Shown here: positions 18,955 to 30,672 of the stretch, piece after piece | Layout: each line of letters begins with the position of its first letter | Position numbering within the stretch: position 1 is the first letter of the stretch | Notes under the pieces: model-generated | Database searches by the model: none | Seen by the model: the letters and a program-made list of their open reading frames with translations, nothing else | What the model was told of the DNA's origin: nothing | Position numbers and translations under genes: made by a program | NCBI GenBank assembly: GCA_963782055.1 | Contig: CAWAIF010000003.1 | Span: 3,328,001 to 3,392,000, forward strand | Length of the DNA stretch: 64,000 nucleotides | Source of the DNA: an uncultured delta proteobacterium | Lineage (GTDB): Bacteria > Myxococcota_A > Polyangia > Polyangiales > Polyangiaceae | Direction: 5' to 3'

Positions 18955-19134
18955 ATGGCTGCCCCCAAGAGCTACCGGAGCATCGAGGAGTTCGAGCGTG
19001 AGGAGCTTCGCTCTCACCTGAAGGTCGGCTTCTCGCTCGACGATCTGCACCAGGAGGCGACGTTCGACTCGAGCGACATGCTCTTCGACGACACCGTCGA
19101 CGAGTACGACCCCGACCAGTTCGACGAAGATTGA
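18955..19134 (+). CDS. Small highly acidic hypothetical protein (59 aa)
   Basis: Strong SD GGAGGAGG 8 nt before ATG; GC3-biased codons; MAAPKSYRSIEEFEREEL...FDDTVDEYDPDQFDED. Confidence 0.78.
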   Translation: MAAPKSYRSIEEFEREELRSHLKVGFSLDDLHQEATFDSSDMLFDDTVDEYDPDQFDED

Positions 19135-19176
19135 CCGCACCCGCCTCACCCCTCGCTTCCCGCTTCTGCTTGACGT

Positions 19177-19279
19177 GCTCGGCTCCTCTTCCTCCCGGGA
19201 CGCCCGGTTCGTAACCGGTCGTCCGCTCGGAGCCGAGCCGCCGCCCCCGGAGACCGCCTCTCTCCGGGGGCATTTTTTT
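19177..19279 (+). ncRNA. Candidate structured 3'UTR / sRNA (long hairpin plus intrinsic terminator)
   Basis: Perfect 10-bp stem GCTCGGCTCC (19177-86)/GGAGCCGAGC (19229-38), inner stems GGACG/CGTCC and CCGGTT/AACCGG, CU-rich bulge TCTTCCTCCC, then the terminator. Confidence 0.4.
19243..19279 (+). terminator. Rho-independent terminator
   Basis: 11-bp stem GCCCCCGGAGA/TCTCCGGGGGC followed by A-TTTTTTT. Confidence 0.88.
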
Positions 19280-19311
19280 GTCCTGCGAACGCGCTCGTGA
19301 CGCGGGCCTGC

Positions 19312-19339
19312 TTGACGACGTGAAGCGGCCAAGTATGTT
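19312..19339 (+). promoter_or_regulatory. sigma70-type promoter of tig
   Basis: TTGACG-N16-TATGTT, same architecture as the tRNA promoter at 29915-29942. Confidence 0.65.
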
Positions 19340-19349
19340 GCCCCCTCCC

Positions 19350-20759
19350 ATGCAAGCGACTGTTTCCCGAATTTCCCCGGTGATGATCGAGCTTTCGGTC
19401 GAGGTGCCTGCCGCGACCGTCAAGACCGAGATCGACAAGGCCTACGCGACGCTCTCGAAGAAGGCGCACATCCGGGGGTTCCGTCCCGGCAAGGTGCCCC
19501 GCGACGTGCTCGCGCGCCTCTTCGCTCCGCAGGTCATGAGCGACGTGATGAACGCCCTGGTCAACACCACCTTGCCGCAGGTGCTGACCGAGCAGAACGT
19601 CACGCCCATCACGCAGCCCTCCGTCGAGCCGGGGAAGGTCGCGCAGACCGAGCCCTTCTCCTACAAGGCGCGCTTCGAGGTCACCCCCGAGGTGGAGGAC
19701 GTCAAGTTCGAGGGCTTCGAGCTCTACCGCCCCAAGAACGAGGTGACCGACGCCATGGTGGACGAGGAGCTGGAGGGCATCCGCCAGCGCTTCGCCACCC
19801 TCAAGACGCCCGAGCCGGAGCGTGCATCCAAGGCCGGTGACGTGGTCACCATCGATTTCACCGTCAGCGTGGACGGCGAGGCGGTCAAGGACGGCGGCGG
19901 CCAGGGCGTGCAGATCGAGCTCGCCGCCGGCCAGGCGCTCCCGGAGCTGGACACCGCCCTCACCGGCAAGAAGACGTCCGCGTCGATGGATGTGGAGGTC
20001 ACCTTCCCGGACAACCACCCGCGCGCTGACTTCCGCGGCAAGAAGGGCCTCTTCCACGTGACCCTCACCGACACCAAGGAGCGCGTGCTCCCCGCCCTGG
20101 ACGACGAGCTCGCCAAGGACGCCGGCACCTTCCAGACGCTCGTCGAGCTCCGCGCGGACGTCCACACCCGCCTGGAGAAGGCGATGAAGGACAAGACCGA
20201 GATGGCCCTCGCCGAGCAGATCGTCGAGAAGCTCAACGAGGCCAACCCGGTGGAGGTGCCCCCCTCGCTCGTCGAGCAGCAGGCCCGGGTGATGGAGCAG
20301 GAGGTCGCCCTGCAGGCGCGCCGCATGGGTCAGCGCATCACGCAGGAGCAGCTCGCCGGCATGGCGGAGCGCCTCCACGAGGACGCCGCCAAGAAGGTGC
20401 GTGCCGGCCTGCTGATGGCCGCCATCGCCCGCAAGCTGGACGTCAAGGTCACCGACGAGGACATGGACAAGGGCATGGCCGAGATGGCCGAGCAGTCCGG
20501 CAAGAACATCGCCAAGGTCCGGGCGGAGTACCGCGACAAGCAGAAGCGGGACATGCTCATCGGCATGATCCTGGAGGACAAGATCCTCGACCTGGTCGAG
20601 GGCAAGGCCAAGATCGTCGACGGCGATCCTCCGGCGAAGGCCGAGCCGAAGGCGGAGGCGAAGAAGGACGACGCCAAGGCCGAGGCGAAGAAGGACGAGG
20701 CCAAGCCCAAGGGCAAGGCCAAGAAGAAGGACGAGAAGAAGGAAGAGCAGGCAGGCTGA
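19350..20759 (+). CDS. tig: Trigger factor
   Basis: TF signature [14 protein letters not shown]-like [15 protein letters not shown], Lys/Ala/Asp-rich tail; lies upstream of clpP-clpX. Confidence 0.95.
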   Translation: MQATVSRISPVMIELSVEVPAATVKTEIDKAYATLSKKAHIRGFRPGKVPRDVLARLFAPQVMSDVMNALVNTTLPQVLTEQNVTPITQPSVEPGKVAQTEPFSYKARFEVTPEVEDVKFEGFELYRPKNEVTDAMVDEELEGIRQRFATLKTPEPERASKAGDVVTIDFTVSVDGEAVKDGGGQGVQIELAAGQALPELDTALTGKKTSASMDVEVTFPDNHPRADFRGKKGLFHVTLTDTKERVLPALDDELAKDAGTFQTLVELRADVHTRLEKAMKDKTEMALAEQIVEKLNEANPVEVPPSLVEQQARVMEQEVALQARRMGQRITQEQLAGMAERLHEDAAKKVRAGLLMAAIARKLDVKVTDEDMDKGMAEMAEQSGKNIAKVRAEYRDKQKRDMLIGMILEDKILDLVEGKAKIVDGDPPAKAEPKAEAKKDDAKAEAKKDEAKPKGKAKKKDEKKEEQAG

Positions 20760-20835
20760 GCCGGCCTTTTCGGGGGCAGGCCCCGCCATCCGGGGGGCTT
20801 GGCAGCTCCGCGATGCGCCTTACGAGGAGAGGAAC

Positions 20836-21501
20836 ATGTCGATCAAGCGCCCCGAGAACCGCAACCAGGCCGTCGCCACCCTCGAGCGTCACAGGGACTT
20901 CATCCCGTACCCGACGGTCGTCGAGACGACGCACCGCGGCGAGCGCAACTGGGACATCTTCAGCCGCCTGCTCAAGGACCGTATCGTCTTCCTGGGCACC
21001 GAGATCAACGACGACGTCGCCAACATCGTCATCGCCCAGTTCCTCTTCCTGGAGAGCGAGGATCCCGACAAGGACATCATGCTCTACATCAACTCCCCCG
21101 GCGGCGTAATCACGAGTGGTCTCGCGATCTACGACACCATGCAGTACGTACGATCTCAGGTCGCCACGAGCTGCCTGGGCATGGCCGCGTCCATGGCCGC
21201 GGTGCTGCTGACGGCCGGGCAGAAGGGGCGCCGCGCCGCGCTCCCCAACGCCCGCATCATGATCCACCAGCCCCACGGCGGCGCGCGCGGCCAGACGACG
21301 GACATCGAGATCCAGGCCAGGGAGTCCCGCCACCTCAAGGACGTCCTGGTGGAGGTCCTCTCCGACTCGACGGGCAAGTCCAAGGAGCAGATCCACAAGG
21401 ACATCGACCGCGACTTCTGGATGGGCGCGAAGCAGGCCAAGGAGTACGGCCTCATCGACGACGTCATCGCCCCCAAGCCCAAGGGGAGCGGCAAAGAATG
21501 A
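20836..21501 (+). CDS. clpP: ATP-dependent Clp protease proteolytic subunit
   Basis: [28 protein letters not shown] (Ser), IMIHQP (His), DRD (Asp). SD GAGGAGAGG. Confidence 0.97.
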   Translation: MSIKRPENRNQAVATLERHRDFIPYPTVVETTHRGERNWDIFSRLLKDRIVFLGTEINDDVANIVIAQFLFLESEDPDKDIMLYINSPGGVITSGLAIYDTMQYVRSQVATSCLGMAASMAAVLLTAGQKGRRAALPNARIMIHQPHGGARGQTTDIEIQARESRHLKDVLVEVLSDSTGKSKEQIHKDIDRDFWMGAKQAKEYGLIDDVIAPKPKGSGKE

Positions 21502-21598
21502 CGCGCGTCAAATCAGTCTGGGCCGCAAGCTTGCCGCCCGCCAAGCAACTGCATACACTTTGCTCGTGATGTCACGCTGGATGGAGGCGCCGTAGACC

Positions 21599-22855
<1,257 letters not shown>

Positions 22856-23061
22856 GCCGGCCTGGTCGCGCTGCGTGAGCGCGCCGTTCACGTCGAGGCG
22901 ATCCGACCGTCGGGTCGGCCCGCCACGCTGGGGCGGGACGACACACGCGGTCTGCGCGGTCACGCAGCGCTTTCGCGTGGCGCATCGCCCGGGTGGATCC
23001 GCGCCCCCTTGACGGGCCAGCTTTCCCGCGAGAGCATGCTTGCGACCAGGCGCGTGACGCG

Positions 23062-23075
23062 GGCCCGGGTGTTGC
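23062..23075 (+). promoter_or_regulatory. Putative sigma54 -24/-12 promoter
   Basis: GGCCCG-ggtg-TTGC, 14 nt before ATG 23090. Confidence 0.5.
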
Positions 23076-23089
23076 ACATGGGGGAGTCG

Positions 23090-23683
23090 ATGCTCAACAA
23101 GAGGCCATCTCTACCGCTGCCGAGCGGGGTCACTCTGGCGGACGCCGCCGAGGGCGCGCGCGACGCGGTTCGCCAGTTCCTTTCCCTCCCTCAGGAGGAC
23201 AAGCGCGCCCTGTCGGCGTGGCTGCTCGGTCCTTACCAGCACGCCACACGCTTCAGCCCGAAGGGGATCACCACCCGCCGCGACAGCGTCCCCCCGCCGT
23301 CGGCGCCTCCCGTGGAGCTGCGTCTCGAGGAGGTGGTCGCCGCCGCCAAGCAGGCGCTGGACAGGGCGATCGAGGCTGCCACGAGCGAGCTCGGGGCCGA
23401 GGCGCTGGTGCGTCTGCTGCCGCCGGTGGTCCACGTCGTCCCTGCTCACGACATCTACGGGGCCCGCGGCTACGTGCCGGTGGATGTGCCCGGCCTGCGC
23501 CTCGCCGACAGGGTCCTGGCCCTGCTGGTGTCCGACTTCCTCACGCGCCCGGACGACTTCGTACAGAACGCGCCGCAGCTCCGGCAGCCCGCCGCCTCTG
23601 GCGTGCGGCGCTCGGGCTTCACGCACCGCGTGGACCCGGACCGGGTGCCCACCTTGCCGAAGCTCCCCGCCAGCCGGGGGTGA
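23090..23683 (+). CDS. Hypothetical protein inserted between clpX and lon (about 197 aa)
   Basis: Coding-like codon usage; GGGGAG before ATG; C-terminal motif [22 protein letters not shown]. No recognised family. Confidence 0.7.
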   Translation: MLNKRPSLPLPSGVTLADAAEGARDAVRQFLSLPQEDKRALSAWLLGPYQHATRFSPKGITTRRDSVPPPSAPPVELRLEEVVAAAKQALDRAIEAATSELGAEALVRLLPPVVHVVPAHDIYGARGYVPVDVPGLRLADRVLALLVSDFLTRPDDFVQNAPQLRQPAASGVRRSGFTHRVDPDRVPTLPKLPASRG

Positions 23684-23721
23684 CTTGGCGCTAGGGGCAA
23701 GGCGCGGTAAACCACCCGGTG

Positions 23722-26241
23722 ATGTTCTTCAAGAACGACGGTGACGGGAAGACCGCCGCCAAGAAGCGCACGCTTCCCCTCCTTCCCCTGCGCGACATCA
23801 TCGTTTTCCCCCACATGGAGAGCCAGCTCTTCGTCGGGCGGGAGCGGTCGATCAACGCGCTCGACGCGGCCATGGCGCAGAGCAAGGAGATCTTCCTCGC
23901 CGCCCAGAAGAACGCGAAGACCAACGAGCCGCAGCCGGAGGACATCTTCCCGGTGGGCACCGTCGGCACGGTCAAGCAGCTGCTGCGCATGCACGACGGC
24001 ACGGTGAAGGTCGTCGTGGAGGGGCGCCGCCGCGCGCGCACCCGCAAGTTCGTCCAGACCGACGAGTACTTCCTGGTGGAGGTGGACGAGATCCCGGAGG
24101 CCTTCGTCAAGAGCGTCGAGGTCGAGGCGCTCATGCGCAGCGTGCAGAGCGCCTTCGAGATGTACGTGAAGCTCAACAAGAAGGTGCAGCCGGAGGTGCT
24201 GATGGGCGTGCAGACCATCGACGACCCGGTGCGCCTCTCCGACACCATCGTCGCCAGCCTGCCCACCATCAAGCTCACCGATCGCCAGCAGCTCCTGGAG
24301 ATGGATGACGCCATCAAGCGTCTGGAGCGCCTGCACGAGCTCATGCAGGCCGAGATCGAGATCCTTCAGGTCGAGAAGAAGATCCGCTCCCGCGTCAAGA
24401 AGCAGATGGAGAAGACGCAGAAGGAGTACTACCTGAACGAGCAGATGCAGGCCATCCAGAAGGAGCTGGGTGGCGGCGATCGCGACGAGTTCAAGAACGA
24501 GCTCCAGGAGATCGAAGAGCAGCTCAAGACCAAGCGGATGAGCAAGGAGGCCGCCGCGAAGGTCAAGAAGGAGATGAAGAAGCTCAAGATGATGCACCCG
24601 ACGAGCGCCGAGGCGACCGTCGTGCGCAACTACATCGACTGGATCCTGGGCTTGCCCTGGTACGACAAGAGCGAGGAGAACTACGACCTCTCCGCCGCCG
24701 AGACGATCCTCGACGAGGACCACTACGGCCTGAAGAAGATCAAGGAGCGCATCGTCGAGTACCTGGCGGTGCAGGCGCTCACCAAGAAGCTGCGCGGGCC
24801 GGTGCTCTGCTTCGTCGGGCCGCCCGGCGTCGGCAAGACCAGCCTCGCCAAGAGCATCGCCCGGGCGACGGGCCGCAAGTTCGTGCGGCTCGCCCTGGGC
24901 GGAGTGCGGGACGAGGCGGAGATCCGCGGCCACCGGCGCACCTACATCGGGGCGATGCCCGGCAAGCTCATCCAGAGCCTGAAGAAGGTGGGCACCAACA
25001 ACCCCGTCTTCTTGCTCGACGAGGTGGACAAGATGTCCAGCGACTTCCGCGGCGATCCCGCGGCGGCGCTGCTGGAGGTGCTCGACAGCGAGCAGAACAG
25101 CACCTTCAACGATCACTACCTGGACATCGACTACGACCTCAGCGACGTGATGTTCATCACCACGGCGAACACCCTCTCGGGGATCCCGGTGCCGCTGCAG
25201 GACCGCATGGAGATCATCCACCTCAGCGGCTACACCGAGTTCGAGAAGCTGAACATCGCGATGAAGTACCTGGTGCCGCGGCAGAAGAAGGACTGCGGCC
25301 TGGACGAGGTGCCCTTCACCATCAGCGAGAGCGCGGTCCGCACCATCATCCACCACTACACGCGGGAGGCGGGCGTGCGCTCGCTCGAGCGCGAGATCTC
25401 CAGCGTGTGCCGGAAGGTGGCGCGCAAGGTGGTGGGGGAGGGGACGCCCGCGGCCGGTGCCGCGCCGCGCGCGCCCGCGGCGATCGACGTGGGCGCCCGG
25501 GACATCCCCACCTACCTGGGCGTCCCCAAGTACCGCGTCGGCAAGAAGGAAGAGCACGACGAGATCGGCATGACCAACGGCCTCTCGGTCACCTCCAACG
25601 GCGGCGGCGAGCTGCTCGCGTGCGAGGTGGCGGTGGTGCCGGGCAAGGGCAAGCTGGTCATCACCGGCCTGCTGGAGAAGGGCATGGAGGAGAGCGCGCA
25701 GGCGGCGATGAGCTACGTGCGATCGCGCGCGACGACGCTCGGCCTGGACGCGGATTTCTACCAGAAGCTGGACGTGCACGTGCACTTCCCGGAGTTCATC
25801 CGCAAGGACGGACCGAGCGCGGGCGTGACCATGGCCACCAGCCTGGCGAGCGCCCTCATCAAGGTGCCGGTGAGGCGCGATCTGGCGATGACGGGCGAGA
25901 TCACCCTGCGGGGACGGGTGCTGCCCATCGGCGGGCTGAAGGAGAAGCTGCTCGCCGCGCACCGGAGCGGGATCACCGTCGTCGTCGTCCCGCGGGAGAA
26001 CCGCAAGGACCTGCGCGAGGTGCCGCGCCGCGTGCTCAAGGCGATGCGCGTCGTGCTCGTCGAGCACATGGACGACGTGCTGCGCGAGGCGCTCTGCCTG
26101 CCCGACCCCGACGCCGTCTTCGGCCCGGCGAAGGACACGATGGAGTACCGGGGCGGCGAGCTGGTGACATCCTCCGGCGGTCGCAAGCCGCCGCCGGTGC
26201 CGCCCGCGGGCGAGCCCAGCCCGGCGCCCGCGCCGGCGTGA
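23722..26241 (+). CDS. lon: Lon protease (endopeptidase La), LonV-like
   Basis: [41 protein letters not shown], Ser-Lys dyad KDGPSAG / IGGLKEK. Confidence 0.97.
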   Translation: MFFKNDGDGKTAAKKRTLPLLPLRDIIVFPHMESQLFVGRERSINALDAAMAQSKEIFLAAQKNAKTNEPQPEDIFPVGTVGTVKQLLRMHDGTVKVVVEGRRRARTRKFVQTDEYFLVEVDEIPEAFVKSVEVEALMRSVQSAFEMYVKLNKKVQPEVLMGVQTIDDPVRLSDTIVASLPTIKLTDRQQLLEMDDAIKRLERLHELMQAEIEILQVEKKIRSRVKKQMEKTQKEYYLNEQMQAIQKELGGGDRDEFKNELQEIEEQLKTKRMSKEAAAKVKKEMKKLKMMHPTSAEATVVRNYIDWILGLPWYDKSEENYDLSAAETILDEDHYGLKKIKERIVEYLAVQALTKKLRGPVLCFVGPPGVGKTSLAKSIARATGRKFVRLALGGVRDEAEIRGHRRTYIGAMPGKLIQSLKKVGTNNPVFLLDEVDKMSSDFRGDPAAALLEVLDSEQNSTFNDHYLDIDYDLSDVMFITTANTLSGIPVPLQDRMEIIHLSGYTEFEKLNIAMKYLVPRQKKDCGLDEVPFTISESAVRTIIHHYTREAGVRSLEREISSVCRKVARKVVGEGTPAAGAAPRAPAAIDVGARDIPTYLGVPKYRVGKKEEHDEIGMTNGLSVTSNGGGELLACEVAVVPGKGKLVITGLLEKGMEESAQAAMSYVRSRATTLGLDADFYQKLDVHVHFPEFIRKDGPSAGVTMATSLASALIKVPVRRDLAMTGEITLRGRVLPIGGLKEKLLAAHRSGITVVVVPRENRKDLREVPRRVLKAMRVVLVEHMDDVLREALCLPDPDAVFGPAKDTMEYRGGELVTSSGGRKPPPVPPAGEPSPAPAPA

Positions 26242-26303
26242 CTCGACTCTGAGCGTGTAGAGCGAGTCCTCTACCCGCGCCGGATGGGGTACGACTGGAA
26301 GGC

Positions 26304-29300
26304 GTGAAGTCCGGCTTCGAGGAGGCGCTGGCGCGGGATCTCGCGCCGCTCGGCGACGACGCGGCGAAGGCCACGGCGTTCGTGGTGCGCGGGACGGACG
26401 AGGACGTCCTGGGGCGCGTGGCGGGGGGGAAGCTGCGGCTGAAGGTCCGCGACGCGTGGGGCGCGGAGGGCAGGCGTGCGCTCTTTCTCCTGCTGGAGCA
26501 GGGCGACGCCGGCGTGCTGCGGCGCCTGGGGAGCGTCTGGGCCGCCGCCGCGAAGGGGAGCGGGCACATCCCGGAGCTCGAGGCGGAGCGCTGGGTGGAG
26601 CACGTGGTGTGGGAGTCGTCGGAGCTCTCGCCGAACCACCTCGGCCCGCCGCACACGACCCTCGACGCGCGGATGCTCCCGGACGACGCCGCGTCGTTGC
26701 TGGTGCGCGTGGCGTTGACGCCGGACGAGGATCCGAAGGCCGCCTTCTCCCGCAACTGCTTCGCGACGGCGGTGCTCGCCGCGCCGCACGTGGGGGAGGT
26801 GCTGGTCGCGCACGCGGAGGAGGTGTGTGCGGCGGTCGAGGCGCTCGGCGCGTCGCACCGGGCGACCGCGCTGGAGAGGCTGGAGGCCACCAAGGTCGAT
26901 CCGCTGCCGCTGCTCGCGACGCTCGTGGGGCTCGCGATCGGGGAGGCGAAGACCGTGCGGGTGGCCGCCCTCAAGATGCTCGCGCGCGTCCCGGAGGAGG
27001 CCCGCTCGGCGCTGCGCGCGGCGGCGCTCGACGCGGGACGGCCGGCGGCGGAGCGGACGCACGCGGTGCGGTGCCTCTCGGCGCTGGGGGAGAGTGACGC
27101 GGGCTTCTTCCGCAGGCTCCTCCAGGACGACGCGGCCAAGGCCCTGAAGGACGCCGCGGAGGGCGCGCTGCAGGCGGCGCGCGCCGAGGTGCGCGCGGAG
27201 GTGGGCGACGTGGTGGTCCCGCCGCTGCCGCAGAGCGCCATCACGGCGATCCGGGCGCTCGCCGACGCGTGGGCCACCGAGGCGCCCGCGCGGCTGGCGG
27301 CGCACGCCGCGCGGTTCCCGGCGTTCCGGGCCACCGCGGTGGAGCCGATCACCGAGGAGGAGATCGCCGAGGCCGTGCGCCAGGCCTCCGAGCCCGACCC
27401 GTGGACGCGGGTGCCGGAGTCGGGGCTGGCACGCCTCTTCCGGTCCACCGACTTCCGCGAGGTGCACAGGCTGCTCGCGCGGCCGGACCTTCACCCCGTC
27501 CACGTCGCGCGCCTCTTCCGCATGTTCAATCCGCGGGTGACCGACGAGCACCTCCTGATGCGCCTCGATCCCATCCTGCGCGAGCACCGGGCGCAGGCCC
27601 CGGCTCCGTACCCGCTGCAGACGGTGGAGGTGGCGGCGCGCTACGCGGGGAGCGCGACGCCGCGCGTGGGCATGCTGCTGCTGACGGGGTGGCCCTTCCA
27701 GTGGGGCGAGGAGGTGCAGCGCGCCTACCTGGAGCACAACGTGGACGTGCTGGAGGCGGCGCTCGGCGTGCGGGCGGTGCCCGGCCTGCAGCTCGCGCCC
27801 ATGTACGCCTACTACGCCGGCGACTCCCGCCGGAACGCCCTGGAGCACATCGCGGCGCTGTCGCAGGTCCCCCCGGGCTGCGCCCCGCGGCTCTGGGAGC
27901 TGGCGCTGGAGGGGCCGAAGGCGGAGCGCGCGCCGGCGCAGGCGTGCGTCGCGCGCATCCCGGGCTTCGAGGACAGGCTGCTCGCCGCGATGCACCAGGG
28001 CTCACAGGAGGCGCGCGCGGCGGCGGCGAGGTGGGTCGGCTCCCTGCGGCTGGAGCGCGCGAAGCCGGCGCTGGTGGCGGCGCTGCGCAAGGAGAAGAAG
28101 GACGTCGTTCGCGCCGCGCTCATGGACGCGCTGGAGGCGCTGGGGGAGCCCATCGACGCCTTCGTGGACCGCGCGGGTCTGGCGAAGCGCGCGGAGCAGG
28201 TGCTCTCGAAGGCGGCGTGCCCGGCGCTGGAGTGGCCGGAGATCGCCGCGCTCCCCCCGCTGCGCTGGGGCGACACGGGCGAGGTCGTCGGGGAGCGCGT
28301 GGTCCGCGCGTGGCTCGCCGAGGCGCACAAGCAGAAGAGCCCGGCGGCCTCGCCGGTGATGCGCATCTACGGCCGGTCGCTGCGCGAGGACGACCGGCGC
28401 GCCTTCGCCGAGGCGCTGCTGCGGACGTGGATCGCGCACGACGTGGAGAAGCCCGGCGGCTGGTCGCAGACGGGCTACGACAAGCCGAGCACGGCCATCG
28501 GCGACAAGGGGGTGCTCGCGCTGGTCGCCGCGCTGGGCGGGCGGGAGATCGCGCCTCTCGTCGCCGCGTACCTCCGGGAGTGGTACGGCGTGCGCGCGGC
28601 GCAGTGCAAGGCGCTGGTGCAGATGCTCGCGTGGGTGGAGGACCGCGGGGCGGTGCAGGTGCTGCTCGCGACAGGTACGCGCTTCCGCACCGCGGGGATC
28701 CGCAAGGAGGCGGAGGCGCAGGCGCGCGAGCTCGCCGAGCGCAAGGGCTGGACGCTCGACGAGCTGGCCGACCGCACCGTGCCCACCGCCGGCCTGGACG
28801 ACCGCGGGGAGCTGGAGCTGGACTACGGCGCGAGGCGCTTCCGCGCGCGGCTGGGCGAGTCGCTCGAGCTGGTGCTCACCGACGACACGGGCGCGGTGCT
28901 CAAGGCGCCGCCCGGCCCTCGCAAGGACGAGGACGCGGCCGTCGTGAAGGCGGCACGCGCGGGGTTCGCGCGGTCGAAGAAGGAGCTCGCCACCATCCTC
29001 AAGATGCAGTCCGCCCGCTTCTACGAGGCGATGTGCACGCAGCGCGCGTGGCCCGCCGCCGACTGGAAGGACTTCGTGATGGGGCACCCGGTGCTCTCGC
29101 GGCTGGCGATGGGGGTGGTGTGGTCCGTCGAGGACGGCGGCCGGACGGCGAGCTTCCGCCCGCTGGGGGACGGCGCGCTCTCGGCGGCGGATCACGCCGA
29201 CGTGCCGCTGGGCGACGCGGGCGTCGTGCGCGTGGCGCACCCGGTCCACCTGTCCGACGCCGAGGCGGCGGCGTGGCTGGAGCATCTGCGCGACTTCGAG

Positions 29301-29729
29301 CTGCTGCCGCTCTTCGTCCAGTTCGGCCGTCGGGTCTACCGGCTGCCGGAGGAGCGCGCGCGCGCCGAGGCGCTGGAGGACTTCCGCGGCCACATGATCG
29401 AGGCGTTCAAGCTGCGCGGACGGGCGACGAGGCTCGGCTACGCGCGCGGCGCGACGGAGGACGGCGGCTGGTTCTATGCCTACGAGAAGGTGTTCCCGTC
29501 CCTCGGCCTGACGGTGGCGCTCGGCTTCAGCGGCAACGCCTTGCCGGAGGAGAACCGGACGGTCGCGCTCGGCGAGGTGCGGTTCGAGCGGCGGCACGGC
29601 CAGCGCGCGGTTGGGGCGAAGCTGGGCGAGGTGCCCGCCGTGCTGCTGAGCGAGGCTCGCGCGGACATGGAGGAGCTGGCGGGGGAGGGGACCGGCTTCG
29701 ACCCCGACTGGAAGAGCAAGGTGCGGTAG
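26304..29729 (+). CDS. DUF4132-domain (MolR-like) protein with HEAT-like repeats
   Basis: C-terminal GWTLDELADRTVPTAGLD..LDYGARRF..HPVL..VAHPVHL..WLEHLRDFELLPLFVQFGR..VPAVLLSE is a typical DUF4132 pattern. Confidence 0.8.
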   Translation: MKSGFEEALARDLAPLGDDAAKATAFVVRGTDEDVLGRVAGGKLRLKVRDAWGAEGRRALFLLLEQGDAGVLRRLGSVWAAAAKGSGHIPELEAERWVEHVVWESSELSPNHLGPPHTTLDARMLPDDAASLLVRVALTPDEDPKAAFSRNCFATAVLAAPHVGEVLVAHAEEVCAAVEALGASHRATALERLEATKVDPLPLLATLVGLAIGEAKTVRVAALKMLARVPEEARSALRAAALDAGRPAAERTHAVRCLSALGESDAGFFRRLLQDDAAKALKDAAEGALQAARAEVRAEVGDVVVPPLPQSAITAIRALADAWATEAPARLAAHAARFPAFRATAVEPITEEEIAEAVRQASEPDPWTRVPESGLARLFRSTDFREVHRLLARPDLHPVHVARLFRMFNPRVTDEHLLMRLDPILREHRAQAPAPYPLQTVEVAARYAGSATPRVGMLLLTGWPFQWGEEVQRAYLEHNVDVLEAALGVRAVPGLQLAPMYAYYAGDSRRNALEHIAALSQVPPGCAPRLWELALEGPKAERAPAQACVARIPGFEDRLLAAMHQGSQEARAAAARWVGSLRLERAKPALVAALRKEKKDVVRAALMDALEALGEPIDAFVDRAGLAKRAEQVLSKAACPALEWPEIAALPPLRWGDTGEVVGERVVRAWLAEAHKQKSPAASPVMRIYGRSLREDDRRAFAEALLRTWIAHDVEKPGGWSQTGYDKPSTAIGDKGVLALVAALGGREIAPLVAAYLREWYGVRAAQCKALVQMLAWVEDRGAVQVLLATGTRFRTAGIRKEAEAQARELAERKGWTLDELADRTVPTAGLDDRGELELDYGARRFRARLGESLELVLTDDTGAVLKAPPGPRKDEDAAVVKAARAGFARSKKELATILKMQSARFYEAMCTQRAWPAADWKDFVMGHPVLSRLAMGVVWSVEDGGRTASFRPLGDGALSAADHADVPLGDAGVVRVAHPVHLSDAEAAAWLEHLRDFELLPLFVQFGRRVYRLPEERARAEALEDFRGHMIEAFKLRGRATRLGYARGATEDGGWFYAYEKVFPSLGLTVALGFSGNALPEENRTVALGEVRFERRHGQRAVGAKLGEVPAVLLSEARADMEELAGEGTGFDPDWKSKVR

Positions 29730-29914
29730 GCCCATCCCCGCTGTTTCCGGGGCAAACGTCCCACTGCTAGCATGCTCGCAGTCGCGCGTTCCGGCGCGGC
29801 GTGGCGGGCGTGGCTGGGAGGTCGCCGTCACGATCCCCGGCCCCGTCCCCTCCCGGCGGGTGTCGGGAAACCGCCGCGGCCGCCGTCCATGGGCAAGAGG
29901 CCGAGCTTTTGCGC

Positions 29915-29942
29915 TTGACCTCCCCGCGCGCGCAAGTATGTT
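29915..29942 (+). promoter_or_regulatory. sigma70-type promoter of the tRNA-Val/tRNA-Asp operon
   Basis: TTGACC-N16-TATGTT followed by a GC-rich discriminator CCGCGCC. Confidence 0.7.
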
Positions 29943-29975
29943 CCGCGCCTGCCTTTTTCCTTACTTTGTGCCTGC

Positions 29976-30047
29976 GGGCGGGTAGCTCAGCGGTAGAGCG
30001 CTGGCCTTACAAGCCGGATGTCGCAGGTTCGAGCCCTGTCCCGCCCA
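29976..30047 (+). tRNA. tRNA-Val (TAC), CCA not encoded
   Basis: Acceptor GGGCGGG/CCCGCCC, D-arm GCTC..GAGC, anticodon loop CT-TAC-AA, T-arm GCAGG-TTCGAGC-CCTGT, discriminator A. Confidence 0.97.
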
Positions 30048-30090
30048 CGCTTCTCGGGTCGTTCAGGGTCGTCACTCGGTCGTTCACGTT

Positions 30091-30167
<77 letters not shown>

Positions 30168-30209
30168 ACGCAGAGACACTCCGAGAAGTCACGCCGCACG
30201 GGGGGGGCA

Positions 30210-30249
30210 GCACCCGGCCGCATGGGGCACGAAGCCCTGCGGCCGGTGC
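30210..30249. terminator. GC-rich hairpin between convergent tRNA-Asp and small ORF (possible terminator)
   Basis: GCACC.GGCCGCA..GGGC / GCCC TGCGGCC GGTGC imperfect stem; no U-tract. Confidence 0.35.
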
Positions 30250-30250
30250 G

Positions 30251-30454
30251 TCATGCGTGGGCGTGCCCGGTGTCGCCTTCCCAGCCCTCGATGAGGGCGA
30301 CGGGGAAGAGGGCCAGCAGCGTGGCCGTCAGCACGAAGAGCGCGAACGGCGAGATGAAGGCGAGAGAGAGGACGAACAGCGGCTTCTGCCAGCGCGGCAT
30401 TCCCGCGAAGGTGTGCCGCAAGGCGCGCCAGGGGTGAAGCTTCTCGCGTTTCAT
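30251..30454 (-). CDS. Small membrane protein (67 aa)
   Basis: SD AAGGAG 5 nt before ATG; hydrophobic segment LFVLSLAFISPFALFVLTATLLALFPVALI; ends GHAHA. Confidence 0.72.
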   Translation of the reverse strand: MKREKLHPWRALRHTFAGMPRWQKPLFVLSLAFISPFALFVLTATLLALFPVALIEGWEGDTGHAHA

Positions 30455-30539
30455 GGGTGCTCCTTTCTCCGCGCGTGCCGCGGCGGCGTGCGGTCGAGCC
30501 GAGCGTGCGACGAGGAAGCGGCGGATGCTGGAGATCCAA

Positions 30540-30553
30540 GCATCGCGCGTGCC
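30540..30553 (-). promoter_or_regulatory. Putative sigma54 -24/-12 promoter
   Basis: Minus strand reads GGCACG-cgcg-ATGC-TT, upstream of the 67-aa gene. Confidence 0.55.
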
Positions 30554-30672
30554 GCGCGGCCGGTGCGGGCGCGTTGCGGCTGGATCGCCGCTGCCTGACG
30601 GCTGTCGGAGTGTCGACGGCGTGCCGGGCGCGCCGGAATGCCGCTGCGCGGTGCAGACGGTGCGCCCCTGCG

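Noticed and set aside
19197..19226. tRNA remnant upstream of tig (GGTTCGTAACC resembles a T-arm)
   Set aside because: No D-arm, anticodon arm or acceptor stem can be built; treated as part of a hairpin instead.
25780..25830. Inactive Lon because of the atypical [16 protein letters not shown] loop
   Set aside because: The catalytic Ser (GPSAG) and Lys (GGLKEK) and the Walker motifs are intact.
29899..29912. sigma54-like GG-N8-TTGC before the tRNA operon
   Set aside because: Poor -24 element, and a better sigma70 promoter lies immediately downstream; likely chance.
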